Source: a virus
Direction: 5' to 3' (one strand)
IMG/VR virus record: IMGVR_UViG_3300027833_000021
Coordinates: 1 to 64,000 of that record
Length of the DNA stretch: 64,000 nt
A model generated the notes under the pieces. It was not told the DNA's origin. It saw only the letters and a list, made by a program, of their open reading frames with translations, and did not search any database. Both the position numbers and the translations under genes were made by a program. Shown here one piece after another: positions 28,567 to 38,300 of this stretch (position 1 is the stretch's first letter; each line of letters opens with the position of its first letter).

Positions 28567-29565
28567 ATGGAATTACAACAAACTGTTTATCAATTCATTC
28601 CCGGTAAGACAAGACAAAGTTCAGGCGGTTGGCTGAGTTTTAATTGTCCGTGTTGTATCGACCAAGGTGAAACTAGGTCAGATACTAGAATGAGAGGTGG
28701 GTTGAAAAACGAGGGTGATTTAGTATCATATCATTGTTTTAATTGTGGCATTACGGCATCTCATAGAAAAGGTCAAGTCATAAACAAGAATTTTGTTAAG
28801 TTTATGAGATTACTTGGTGTTCCTGAAAGTGAGATAAAGAGACTACAGATTGAAAGTATCCGAGAAAAAGAATTATCAGAAGGTCCGTGGGTGTTTAAAT
28901 CAAAAACTCAAACTACAAGAATACCATCATTTCCTGGAATGGAGTTGCCTGAAAATTCCGAAACATTGGATGATATACTAAATAAAGATACCCCACCTGA
29001 AGGTGCGATTATGGCGGCAAAATATCTACTTGATAGAGGTGTTTATGATTTTGTTGATACATATTGGAGTAGTTCGTTTGGATTTAAAAATCGAATCATA
29101 TTTCCATTCACACAAGGTGATAGAATTGTAGGTTACACAGGTAGAGACTTTACAGGCAAATCAGAGTCTAAGTATATGACGAAGCAACCAAAGAATTTTT
29201 TATACAATTCTGATAAGATTAGAGAAGATAAAGAATATCTGATTGTAGTTGAAGGAACAATAGATGCGGCAGTCTTAGACTGTGTTGCAATAATGAGCAA
29301 CGAAGCATCACAGAATCAGATTGATTACATTAATCAGTTCAAAGGGGAAGTTATCGTATGTCCTGACAGAGATAACGCTGGTAAGAAGTTGATATATCAG
29401 GCACAAGAAAATGGTTGGAGTGTTTCATTTCCAAATTGGCAAGAGCATATTAAAGATGCGGCAGATTCAGTTAAAGAGTATGGAAAATTATATACTCTGA
29501 AATCTATTATTGATGGTCGCATAAGTAACAGTACAAAGATAAGCGTAAAAACAAGAATAATGTAA
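28567..29565 (+). CDS. DNA primase (gp61/DnaG-like)
   Basis: Zn ribbon CPCC...HCFNC; TOPRIM VVEGTIDA and PDRDNAG. Confidence 0.88.
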   Translation: MELQQTVYQFIPGKTRQSSGGWLSFNCPCCIDQGETRSDTRMRGGLKNEGDLVSYHCFNCGITASHRKGQVINKNFVKFMRLLGVPESEIKRLQIESIREKELSEGPWVFKSKTQTTRIPSFPGMELPENSETLDDILNKDTPPEGAIMAAKYLLDRGVYDFVDTYWSSSFGFKNRIIFPFTQGDRIVGYTGRDFTGKSESKYMTKQPKNFLYNSDKIREDKEYLIVVEGTIDAAVLDCVAIMSNEASQNQIDYINQFKGEVIVCPDRDNAGKKLIYQAQENGWSVSFPNWQEHIKDAADSVKEYGKLYTLKSIIDGRISNSTKISVKTRIM

Positions 29566-29639
29566 ATTTAAAAGTCACATGGCAGGAGGGACTCATAACG
29601 ACCTGCTACTAATAAAAAGCGTAGGAGCATAATAATAAA

Positions 29640-30287
29640 ATGAAAAATAAAGAGATTAAGATTAACGTGATACCAGAACCTAAAGAAGCACCGGCGCCAC
29701 TGCCGATGCCACCAATGCCACAACCACCAGCACCACCAAAACAACCTGGTGAATTCTTAAGGGAAAATGGTGTGTTACATATGGACAAAGAATTTAACCA
29801 AGACAATTGTATGCCATTAGTTAAAATGATAATGGAATATAATCTAATGCCTGCAGATAAGGCACCAGAAATTATTCACTTATACATCAATTCTCCTGGT
29901 GGTTATGTAGATAGTTGTATGCATCTTATTGATGTTATTAAACAATCTCGTATTCCAGTTTACACATACGGTATGGGGTCAATTGCATCCTGTGGTGTTA
30001 TGCTTATGATGTCTGGTGTAAAAGGACATAGATATCTGACACAGAATACAGCAGTTATGTCACATGAATTTAGTGGCGGAACTCAAGGTCAGTACCATGA
30101 TATGTTAGATGCACATGCTCACATGGAATGGACAAATCAAAAGTTGATGGAACATTATATTAAATGTACTGGAAAGAAAGAGAATTATATTCGTAAGCAT
30201 TTACTTGCACCAAAAACAGACCATTGGCTAACTCCTGAAGAAGCAGTTAAACACGGTATTGCAGATACATTAATTGAAACATATTAG
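29640..30287 (+). CDS. clpP: ClpP-family protease with Pro-rich N-terminus
   Basis: LYINSPGG, IASCG (Ser), MSHE (His), TDHWL (Asp), EEAVKHGIAD. Confidence 0.9.
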   Translation: MKNKEIKINVIPEPKEAPAPLPMPPMPQPPAPPKQPGEFLRENGVLHMDKEFNQDNCMPLVKMIMEYNLMPADKAPEIIHLYINSPGGYVDSCMHLIDVIKQSRIPVYTYGMGSIASCGVMLMMSGVKGHRYLTQNTAVMSHEFSGGTQGQYHDMLDAHAHMEWTNQKLMEHYIKCTGKKENYIRKHLLAPKTDHWLTPEEAVKHGIADTLIETY

Positions 30288-30289
30288 TA

Positions 30290-30318
30290 TTGACAAAGAG
30301 TAAAAAAACTTGTATAAT
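30290..30318 (+). promoter_or_regulatory. sigma70-type promoter
   Basis: TTGACA-N17-TATAAT. Confidence 0.75.
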
Positions 30319-30342
30319 AGTATAAACTTTCCAGGAAACTAA

Positions 30343-31764
30343 ATGTCAGAAGTCAAAAACTACTCACCAGACTTACAAAGATTATTTGTTCAATTTATGT
30401 TGACAGATCCGCAGTTGTTTACTAGAGTGATGGGCATAATTGATGAACGCCACTTTGATAGACCAAGCCGTGATATTGTGGGATATCTAATCAATTATAG
30501 TGAAGAATATTCTACTATGCCATCTGTTGAACAAATAAAAGCAGAGACCGGCCAAGAGATAGAATTACTAGAAGATATAGTAAAGCATAGTGACTGGTTT
30601 GTAGATGAGTTTGAAACATTCTGTAGACACAAAGCAATTGAACGAGCAATCGTTAATAGTGCTGATTTACTTGAAGAAGGTAAATATGGTGAAGTAGAAA
30701 CAACAATTAAAGATGCAGTTCAGATAGGTTTAGCAAGGTCTTTAGGTACTGATTATTTCCATGACCCGAGAGCAAGACTTGAAATGCTCAAAGATAACAA
30801 TGGACAAATTACTACAGGTTGGAAGGACTTAGATGATAAACTTTACGGTGGTATTAATCGAGGTGAAGTAACTATCTTTGCCGGTGGTTCTGGTTCTGGT
30901 AAATCTTTGTTCATGCAAAATATGAGTTTGAACTGGGCAGAAGCAGGAATGAATTGTGTATATCTTACTTTAGAATTATCTGAAGAATTATCAGCAATGC
31001 GTATCGATGCGATGGCAACTGACAAGAGTACTAGACGTATCTTTAAAGAACTAGATGATGTTGAGTTGAAAGTTAAGACTATCGGTAAAAAGTCTGGTAT
31101 GCTTAGAATTAAATATATGTCCTCGGGTTCAACAATCAATGATGTTCGTGCTTATCTAAAAGAACTTCAAATTGTAACAGGCAAAACAGTTGATTGTATT
31201 TGTATTGACTACTTAGATTTGTTAATGCCTGCTACTAAGAAAGTAAATCCAGGTGACTTGTTTATTAAAGACAAATATGTCACAGAAGAAATTCGTAACT
31301 TTGCAATGGAATCACAGACAGTTGTAGTGACTGCATCCCAGTTAAATCGTTCAGCAGTAGAAGAAGTAGAATTTGACCACTCTCATATTGCTGGTGGTAT
31401 CTCTAAAATTCAAACTGCTGATAATGTTATTGGTATCTTTACTAGTAATGCAATGAGAGAACGTGGCCAATATCAATTACAATTATTGAAAACAAGAAGT
31501 TCTAGCGGTGTTGGTTCCAAGATAAATCTAGTATTTGACAGAGATAGTTTACGAATTAGTAATTCAGACTTAGAAGATGATGATTTAGCAGTTAGTTCAA
31601 ATGATTCTCAAACTGCAAAAATAATGGATAAATTAAAGAATTCAACTACAGTAACAAAGTCGAATGATACAGATTCTGCTATCCCACCAGAAAAAACAGA
31701 GTCCGCAATGAGTCTCCGAGCAATGGTTAAGTCTAAAAAGGCTAGTCCATTTGATGATAATTGA
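30343..31764 (+). CDS. Replicative helicase (gp41/DnaB-like)
   Basis: GGSGSGKS, LELSE, IDYLDL, TASQLNR, LKTR. Confidence 0.92.
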   Translation: MSEVKNYSPDLQRLFVQFMLTDPQLFTRVMGIIDERHFDRPSRDIVGYLINYSEEYSTMPSVEQIKAETGQEIELLEDIVKHSDWFVDEFETFCRHKAIERAIVNSADLLEEGKYGEVETTIKDAVQIGLARSLGTDYFHDPRARLEMLKDNNGQITTGWKDLDDKLYGGINRGEVTIFAGGSGSGKSLFMQNMSLNWAEAGMNCVYLTLELSEELSAMRIDAMATDKSTRRIFKELDDVELKVKTIGKKSGMLRIKYMSSGSTINDVRAYLKELQIVTGKTVDCICIDYLDLLMPATKKVNPGDLFIKDKYVTEEIRNFAMESQTVVVTASQLNRSAVEEVEFDHSHIAGGISKIQTADNVIGIFTSNAMRERGQYQLQLLKTRSSSGVGSKINLVFDRDSLRISNSDLEDDDLAVSSNDSQTAKIMDKLKNSTTVTKSNDTDSAIPPEKTESAMSLRAMVKSKKASPFDDN

Positions 31765-31770
31765 TAAATA
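31763..31770 (+). promoter_or_regulatory. T4-late-like promoter GATAAATA
   Basis: Octamer at start of late operon. Confidence 0.65.
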
Positions 31771-31789
31771 CTGGTAGGAGAATTATTTT

Positions 31790-32053
31790 ATGACTAGTAA
31801 GAAACCACGTAGAAGTCTGTTCGAAGAGTTAAACTCTATGGCGATTTCTAAAAATGAACCAGAGAGATTTGTCGAACAAAAAGGCGAACATATTATTTCT
31901 GGCGCAATTAACTTAATTGAATTCATTCACCGTGAATTCGATAATGATATTGCTGTGGACTTAACAAAACGTCTTGTTAATAGCATTCGTACTGGCGACA
32001 TGAGAAAATTCAAAAGAGGAATAACTCATGCGAAACGAAAAGATGAATCTTAA
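31790..32053 (+). CDS. Hypothetical protein
   Basis: AGGAG RBS. Confidence 0.7.
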   Translation: MTSKKPRRSLFEELNSMAISKNEPERFVEQKGEHIISGAINLIEFIHREFDNDIAVDLTKRLVNSIRTGDMRKFKRGITHAKRKDES

Positions 32054-32261
32054 GCAACAACTAGAAGAGTTGAAAGTCTTAGCAGGTATCTATAAGCCAT
32101 ACCAAATGGAAGATAGTACGCAAGAGAATATTTCCTATACGGGTACTGAAAAATCTAAGTATCAAAAGAAACATAAAGTAGAACCAGGAACAAAAGAGTG
32201 GTTCAAGTTATGGTTTTCAAAACCTTATATGACAGGTGAAAACCCATACGGGAAGAAATGA
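32043..32261 (+). CDS. Small protein with LKVLAGI motif
   Basis: LEELKVLAGI; PGTKEWFKLWF. Confidence 0.65.
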   Translation: MNLKQQLEELKVLAGIYKPYQMEDSTQENISYTGTEKSKYQKKHKVEPGTKEWFKLWFSKPYMTGENPYGKK

Positions 32262-32262
32262 T

Positions 32263-33471
32263 ATGAAAGTTAGAGACATATTAGGCGCAGGCTTAGAAAG
32301 AAGATTTAGAGGTCCAAGAAAACCTCGTAATAAACAAATTGGTTTTCATCAGAAGATGAAGAAACTACTGGACAAAGCACTTAATGAAGAAGGTGCTAGA
32401 ATTCAGCATTTAGAAGACTTAATTATCTGGGATGGTTCAGTCGGTGGTCAAAAAGCAATTGCAAAACTACATCAAGTAGAAACTTCTCCAAAATCAATTA
32501 GTATTAAATGGGATGGCTCACCAGCCGTTATCTTTGGTCGTAATGAGAATGGCGAATTTGTTCTTACAGACAAAAGTGGATTTGGTGCTAAAGGTTATGA
32601 TGGCAGAGTAACAAGTGCAGATGCGTTAGGTGATATGTTTAACAATCGTAAAATGCGAGACCCATCGCCAGAAAAAGTAGCAGACAAAGAAGCGTTTGTT
32701 AATAATATGAAAACTATATGGGACAAAGTTGAAAGTGTTATACCTGCGGATTTCAGAGGATACTTACACGGTGACTTGTTATGGTTCTCAACACCACAAT
32801 CAAAAGACGGTAGACTTATATTCAAGCCAAACACAACAACATATTCAGTAGATGCTAAAAGTGATATCGGTAAAAAGATAATCAACTTTGATGTAGGTAT
32901 CGTAGTTCATGTAGTGATTGACTTAGATGGCAATAAAAGCAATGTAGATATGGGCAAACTTCAAGCAGGTAAAACATGGATTATGCCTCCAGTATATGTT
33001 ACTAAATCTCCTGGTGTTGACTTACCAGAAGTAGACAGATTAGAAAGTTATTTAAAATCAAATGCAAATGCAATTGATAAGTTACTAGCAGTTCCAGCCG
33101 AATTAAAAATGGCAGACTTTGGTAACATTCTTTACACTTATATCAATAATAGTGTAAAAGCAGGCAACCTAGATAAACTAGGAAAAAATTTCAGTGAATG
33201 GGTAGAAACATCAAAACTAAGTGGACCTAAGAAAGAACGAGCAGTTCAGTGGGTAGAACAAAATAGTGATGGCTTTGAAGCAATCTTCCAATTCATTAAT
33301 GGTGTTATGACCACAAAGAACAAAATTATTAAAACGTTAGATTCTCAACCAGCAGATATCGAAGCCAGTACAAATGGCGAAAGAGGTGGAGAAGGCTATG
33401 TGATAGATAAAGATGTGAAACTGGTAAATAGAGCAGGGTTCACAGCGGCAAACATGAGGCAAGAGAGATAA
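32263..33471 (+). CDS. ATP-dependent ligase / covalent nucleotidyltransferase-superfamily protein (RNA-ligase-like)
   Basis: Motif I SIKWDG, III YLHGDL, IV GEGYVI, V VKLVNR. Confidence 0.6.
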   Translation: MKVRDILGAGLERRFRGPRKPRNKQIGFHQKMKKLLDKALNEEGARIQHLEDLIIWDGSVGGQKAIAKLHQVETSPKSISIKWDGSPAVIFGRNENGEFVLTDKSGFGAKGYDGRVTSADALGDMFNNRKMRDPSPEKVADKEAFVNNMKTIWDKVESVIPADFRGYLHGDLLWFSTPQSKDGRLIFKPNTTTYSVDAKSDIGKKIINFDVGIVVHVVIDLDGNKSNVDMGKLQAGKTWIMPPVYVTKSPGVDLPEVDRLESYLKSNANAIDKLLAVPAELKMADFGNILYTYINNSVKAGNLDKLGKNFSEWVETSKLSGPKKERAVQWVEQNSDGFEAIFQFINGVMTTKNKIIKTLDSQPADIEASTNGERGGEGYVIDKDVKLVNRAGFTAANMRQER

Positions 33472-33496
33472 TTTTTTAACTACTAATAATAAGACC

Positions 33497-33634
33497 ATGG
33501 GAAAAAGAGCAGTACCACACGTAAAAACACCAAAAAGAGGACAGAGAGCAACTAAGAAGAATCTCTCACACTCAACATTCGTATCAAAAAGGCACCCTAA
33601 CAGCAAACGTGTCACAAGTGGTGCAGTCACATAA
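33497..33634 (+). CDS. 45-aa highly basic peptide (not in ORF track)
   Basis: MGKRAVPHVKTPKRGQRATKKNLSHSTFVSKRHPNSKRVTSGAVT fills the gap between genes. Confidence 0.5.
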   Translation: MGKRAVPHVKTPKRGQRATKKNLSHSTFVSKRHPNSKRVTSGAVT

Positions 33635-33642
33635 GATAAATA
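33635..33642 (+). promoter_or_regulatory. T4-late-like promoter GATAAATA
   Basis: Octamer flanked by TCACAT/ATGTGA. Confidence 0.6.
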
Positions 33643-33668
33643 CATGTGATATGTAAGAAAAGGAAGAA

Positions 33669-33869
33669 GTGATGTACAGCAAAGAGTGTAAATTGCATTT
33701 AGACGAAGCAAAGATGACACGATGGCAACATTTCAGACATGCACTTAGTATTGCTTGGAATTTAAAAAAGGCGGCAGGTGCAGTATTCATTCATGCATTT
33801 GCGCCAAGATATTTCAAATCATACGCAAGTGAAACATGTGACAGGATTGCGAAAGAGAACAAAAAATGA
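33669..33869 (+). CDS. Small protein (DUF6356-like)
   Basis: HL.E..MT.WQHFRHA...IHAF.P..F...AS pattern. Confidence 0.5.
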   Translation: MMYSKECKLHLDEAKMTRWQHFRHALSIAWNLKKAAGAVFIHAFAPRYFKSYASETCDRIAKENKK

Positions 33870-34621
33870 GTAAATTAAAACTTGTAAATACTTTATCAGA
33901 AAGTAGATTATTCAGAACAAAACAAATGGCTGGCAGTGTCAAAATTGATGATGCCGCAGAATTAGTTTTTGTTCATTTACTTATATTGAATATCTTTAAT
34001 AAAGATTATGACTTCTCTCCGTTGGCTGGTGATATAGCATCACGTACAATGTCTTATAGAAACTTTGATTACTTTAGAACTAATGGCACCGATATGTACA
34101 TGGCTCTCAATCGTTTGATGGGCAAAGATAATGATATTGGTGATAATGAAAAAGATGAAATAGCAAAGAGTAGACTTTCATTACAGAAAGCAGACGTTTT
34201 GAGATTTCTACTTCATTTCTCTAATAATAGAAGTGATGCATCTTTTGAACAAAGATACTTACTAAGATACCAAAGAAACCTTAATATACAAGATGGATTG
34301 TTAAAATCTTTACGTAGATTAGTTGGTGATTGGGATAATCTTAATCAAAATCAAAGAGCCTTGGTAGTTACAAGACTAGTACAATATATGCGTAGAAAGG
34401 CAAGACTTGCTGAAATAATGCCAGCACTTCTAAAATTACAGAAACGTGGTAATTATATGCATAAAGATAGTGATGAGGCTAAAGATACAGTCAAAAAAGT
34501 ATGGGATAACCCAATAGTTAAGGCTGGTGCCGCAATTGCAGGCTATAAGGCAGTACAATCACTAGGTAGAAGATTAGGTGCTACTACGTACACTACTGAT
34601 AGAAAACTTCGTAAGTTTTAA
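33866..34621 (+). CDS. Hypothetical (putative head-packaged) protein
   Basis: N-terminal LSE|S cleavage-like site; late operon. Confidence 0.65.
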   Translation: MSKLKLVNTLSESRLFRTKQMAGSVKIDDAAELVFVHLLILNIFNKDYDFSPLAGDIASRTMSYRNFDYFRTNGTDMYMALNRLMGKDNDIGDNEKDEIAKSRLSLQKADVLRFLLHFSNNRSDASFEQRYLLRYQRNLNIQDGLLKSLRRLVGDWDNLNQNQRALVVTRLVQYMRRKARLAEIMPALLKLQKRGNYMHKDSDEAKDTVKKVWDNPIVKAGAAIAGYKAVQSLGRRLGATTYTTDRKLRKF

Positions 34622-34661
34622 TCAAAATCCATAAACAACGTCTTAATTATCCTCACTTTTT

Positions 34662-34669
34662 GATAAATA
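34662..34669 (+). promoter_or_regulatory. T4-late-like promoter GATAAATA
   Basis: Octamer upstream of structured leader. Confidence 0.65.
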
Positions 34670-34756
34670 AGTGTGTAGGGTTATGAAACCCTAACAGTAA
34701 AGACTACGAGATACTATCTCAAAGTTTAAATTAACATTCTTTTAAGGAGAAATAAA

Positions 34757-35047
34757 ATGGCTTCAAATACACTAGGTGGACAATCAAACGGTCTAGGTTC
34801 AAAAACTACAATCGTTAAATTAGCACTAACAAACATGACAGCGGCTAACTTAGGCACTATCTATGCGGCAATGGGCGCATTAGGTCACACAGTTGCTGGT
34901 TCAGGTACAGCAGACGGTTCAGCATTCGTGGCTGGCACAACTGACGTATTATTCATCGCTCTACAAGGCGTTGACTATACAGCAGACGCTACAAATGCCC
35001 ACGGCGTAACTGGCGCGGTTACTACTGTTGAAGCAGTAATTGGCTAA
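34757..35047 (+). CDS. Small Ala/Gly/Thr-rich virion protein
   Basis: TAAGGAG RBS; monocistronic late unit with terminator. Confidence 0.7.
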   Translation: MASNTLGGQSNGLGSKTTIVKLALTNMTAANLGTIYAAMGALGHTVAGSGTADGSAFVAGTTDVLFIALQGVDYTADATNAHGVTGAVTTVEAVIG

Positions 35048-35069
35048 TACCTAAACTTTTAATTAAGTG

Positions 35070-35098
35070 AAAAAGCCCTCTTTATGAGGGCTTTTTTT
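35070..35098 (+). terminator. Rho-independent terminator
   Basis: AAAAGCCCTC/GAGGGCTTTT. Confidence 0.85.
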
Positions 35099-35128
35099 AT
35101 GTCTAAACATATCCTTTTAATCTTTTTA

Positions 35129-35136
35129 TATAAATA
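35129..35136 (+). promoter_or_regulatory. Late promoter TATAAATA
   Basis: Exact T4 late consensus, 200 nt upstream of giant fibre gene. Confidence 0.7.
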
Positions 35137-35140
35137 CATG

Positions 35141-35304
35141 TGTAAGAGATTCAACTCTTACAGATGGTTGAGATATCTTCCGACCAATCAGATGCATGAG
35201 ACTTTTCCGTGCAGTACATTGAGAATCCTTCCGATGTATAAAAAATAAAAATAAGTAAAATAAACGTTATGTATATTATTTCATGGAATGGTCCGTGGAG
35301 TAAT
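35141..35304 (+). ncRNA. Structured 5' leader with tandem hairpins sharing TGAGA..TTCCG
   Basis: Five hairpins; three share the same apical motif with different stem sequences. Confidence 0.6.
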
Positions 35305-35335
35305 TAATAACAATGGCTAATTATAGGAGATAATA

Positions 35336-38300
35336 ATGGCTGATATTAAAAACTTTGGTATCCGTGGTATAGGTGCTGATGTTCAGTTCGGTAAGTCGGG
35401 CGGTCGTGTTGTATATGATTCAGGTAATTCCCTGTTCAAAGTAACAACTGACGGTACTACTTTAGGTAACATGAATGTTGCAACTCCAACTTCGGACAAC
35501 CATGCGGCAAACAAGAGTTATGTTGACTCAATCGCTTCTGGACTTGATGTTAAACAATCAGTTCGTGCGGCTTCAACAGCAGATGTAACTCTAAGTGGAC
35601 CGGGCGCAACAATCGATGGCGTAACTATGTCATCAGGTGACCGTGTTCTACTAAAAAACCAGTCGGCAGCGGCTGAAAATGGTATCTATCTATGGACAGG
35701 TGCGGCGTCAGCAATGACACGTGCAACTGATATGGACGGTGCCGCTGAATTTGTTGGCGCTTTTTTCTTTGTTGAAGAAGGTACAATAAACTCAGACCAA
35801 GGCTTTGTATGTTCAACTAACGGTACAATTACTGTTGATACAACTGCAATCGCCTTTACACAATTCACAGGTACTGGTCAGTTAACAGCAGGTAATGGTT
35901 TATCTAAATCAGGTAACACATTCAATATTAACGTTGACGATACATTTGTGGAAATTAATGGTTCAGATGAACTAACTATTAGAGGTACTTCGACTACTGG
36001 TCAAGCACTACTTTCAGACGGTTCAAATGGTGTAACATATGGTGCAGTTAACTTAACTTCTTCAAGTGCAGTTACTGGTGCTTTACCATTAACAAACGGC
36101 GGTTTAGGTGTTGATGCATCTGATTCATCAGGCAAAACTACAGCACGTTCAAACTTAGGTTTGGGCTCAATGGCTACTCAGAACTCTGGTTCTGTTGCTA
36201 TTACAGGCGGTTCAATTGATATTTCTGGTGGTACATTAACTCTAGCAAATGACCAAATCTCTGGTAACTCAATTTCTGGTGGTACAATTGACTCAGCGAA
36301 CCTTTCAGGTGGCGCAGGCAAGACTATCTCTGGTTTCGATGTAACAATCGCGGCTGGTAAAACATTAGACGTTGACGGTGCAGTAGATATCGATGCTTCA
36401 AGTGGTAACATGGATGGCGTTGCTATCGGTGGTACAACTTCAGCGGCTGGTACATTTACAACTATGGCTTCTGACTCAGTAGATATTAATGGTGGTGCTG
36501 TTGACGGTACAACTATTGGTGCTAACGTGGCAGCGGCAGGTACATTTACAAACGTAGATGCTACTGGTACAATCAAAACTAATACACTAGACAACTATGA
36601 TGGCACAAACATTACTGTTTCTGCTCCATTGGATGTTACTGGTGATATTACTGTAACTGGTCAAGTCTCTGCGACTACCGGTATGGTTACAGACACAATT
36701 GCTGAATTAACTGGTAATGCTGGTGTAACTGTTGATAGTGTTGTACTTAAAGACGGTGTTGTAACTGGTGATTTAACTGGTGATGTAACTGGTGATGTAA
36801 CTGGTAACTTAACAGGTAACTCTGCTGGTGTTCATACAGGTAATGTAACTGGTAACTTAACTGGTAACAGTGCAGGTGTTCATACAGGCGCAGTAACTGG
36901 TAATGTAACTGGTGATGTAACTGGTAACTTAACAGGTAACTCTGCTGGTGTTCATACAGGTAATGTAACTGGTAATGTAACTGGTGATGTAACTGGTGAT
37001 GTAGCAGGTGATGTAACTTCAACTGGAACTTCAACGTTTGCAACTGTTGACGTTAACGGCGGTGCAGTAGATGGAACAGTAATTGGTGCTAACACATCAG
37101 CGGCTGGTACTTTCTCAACAATGACAACAGCAGATGCGGCTATAACAGGCGGTGCTATTTCAGGAACAAGTATTGACCTTTCAGGACAAACTTTGACATT
37201 GACTTCGGACTCTGTGTCTGGTGATTCAGTTCATGGTGGTACTATTTCTAACTTCGCATCAACTGGTATTGACGATAATGCATCATCAACAGCATTGACA
37301 ATCGATTCAAGTCAAAATGCTACATTTGGTTCAGACTTAACAGTTACTGGTGACTTAACAGTTAACGGTTCTGTAACTTCAATCTCTTCAACTAACACTA
37401 CTATCGAAGACAACACAATTGTTTTAAACAATGGTGAGTCTGGTGCTGGTGTAACTGAAGGTTCAGCAGGTATTTCTATCGACCGTGGTACAGCGGATGA
37501 TGCACTTATCAACTGGAATGAGACAACAGATGAGTTCGAACTAAAAGTTGGTGCTTCATATGGTGACTTAAAAGTTTCAGCACTTACAGGTGATGTAACT
37601 GGTGCCCTAACTGGTAACGTAACAGGTAATGTAACTGGTAATGTAACAGGTAATGTAACTGGTGATTTAACAGGTGATGTAACTGGTGATTTAACTGGTG
37701 ACGTAACAGGTAATGTAACTGGTAATACTGCTGGTGTTCATACTGGTAATGTAACTGGTAACGTAACAGGTAACGTAACTGGTGATTTAACTGGTGACTC
37801 TGCTGGTACACATACTGGTGCAGTTGTTGGTAACGTAACAGGTAACGTAACTGGTGATTTAACTGGTGATGTAACTGGTGATGTAACTGGTGATGTAACT
37901 GGTGATTTAACAGGTAACTCTGCTGGTACACATACTGGTGCGGTTGTTGGTAATGTAACTGGTAACTTAACAGGTAACGTAACAGGTAATGTTTCTGGCA
38001 ATGCTGGAACAGTAACTAACGGTGTTTATACAACTGACACTGGAACAGTAACTAACACAATGTTAGCAGGTTCAATTGGTAATGCTAAATTATCAAATAG
38101 TTCATTTACTGTTGGTTCAACTGCGATTAACCTTGGTGATACAACGACAAGTCTTGCAGGCTTATCTTCAGTAACATCAACGGCATTCGTAGGTGATTTA
38201 ACTGGTGACGTAACTGGTGATACTGCTGGTACTCATACTGGTGCAGTAACTGGTAACGTAACTGGTAACATTACTTCAGCAGGTACAAGTACATTTACAG

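Noticed and set aside
29580-29608. Hairpin TGGCAGG/CCTGCTA upstream of clpP as a riboswitch
   Set aside because: A single 7-bp stem with no other support; too weak to call.
5378-31764. Inteins or introns in terL, nrdA, nrdB, uvsX or helicases
   Set aside because: All are of normal length with contiguous motifs and no splice-junction signatures.
36747-37931. Minus-strand His/Gln/Leu-rich ORFs (36747-37043, 37584-37931)
   Set aside because: Shadow translations of the 12-bp TG[DN][VL] repeats in the + strand fibre gene; no RBS or promoter.
36761-38270. Possible CRISPR array or satellite
   Set aside because: Repeats are contiguous, degenerate at third codon positions and in frame, with no unique spacers.
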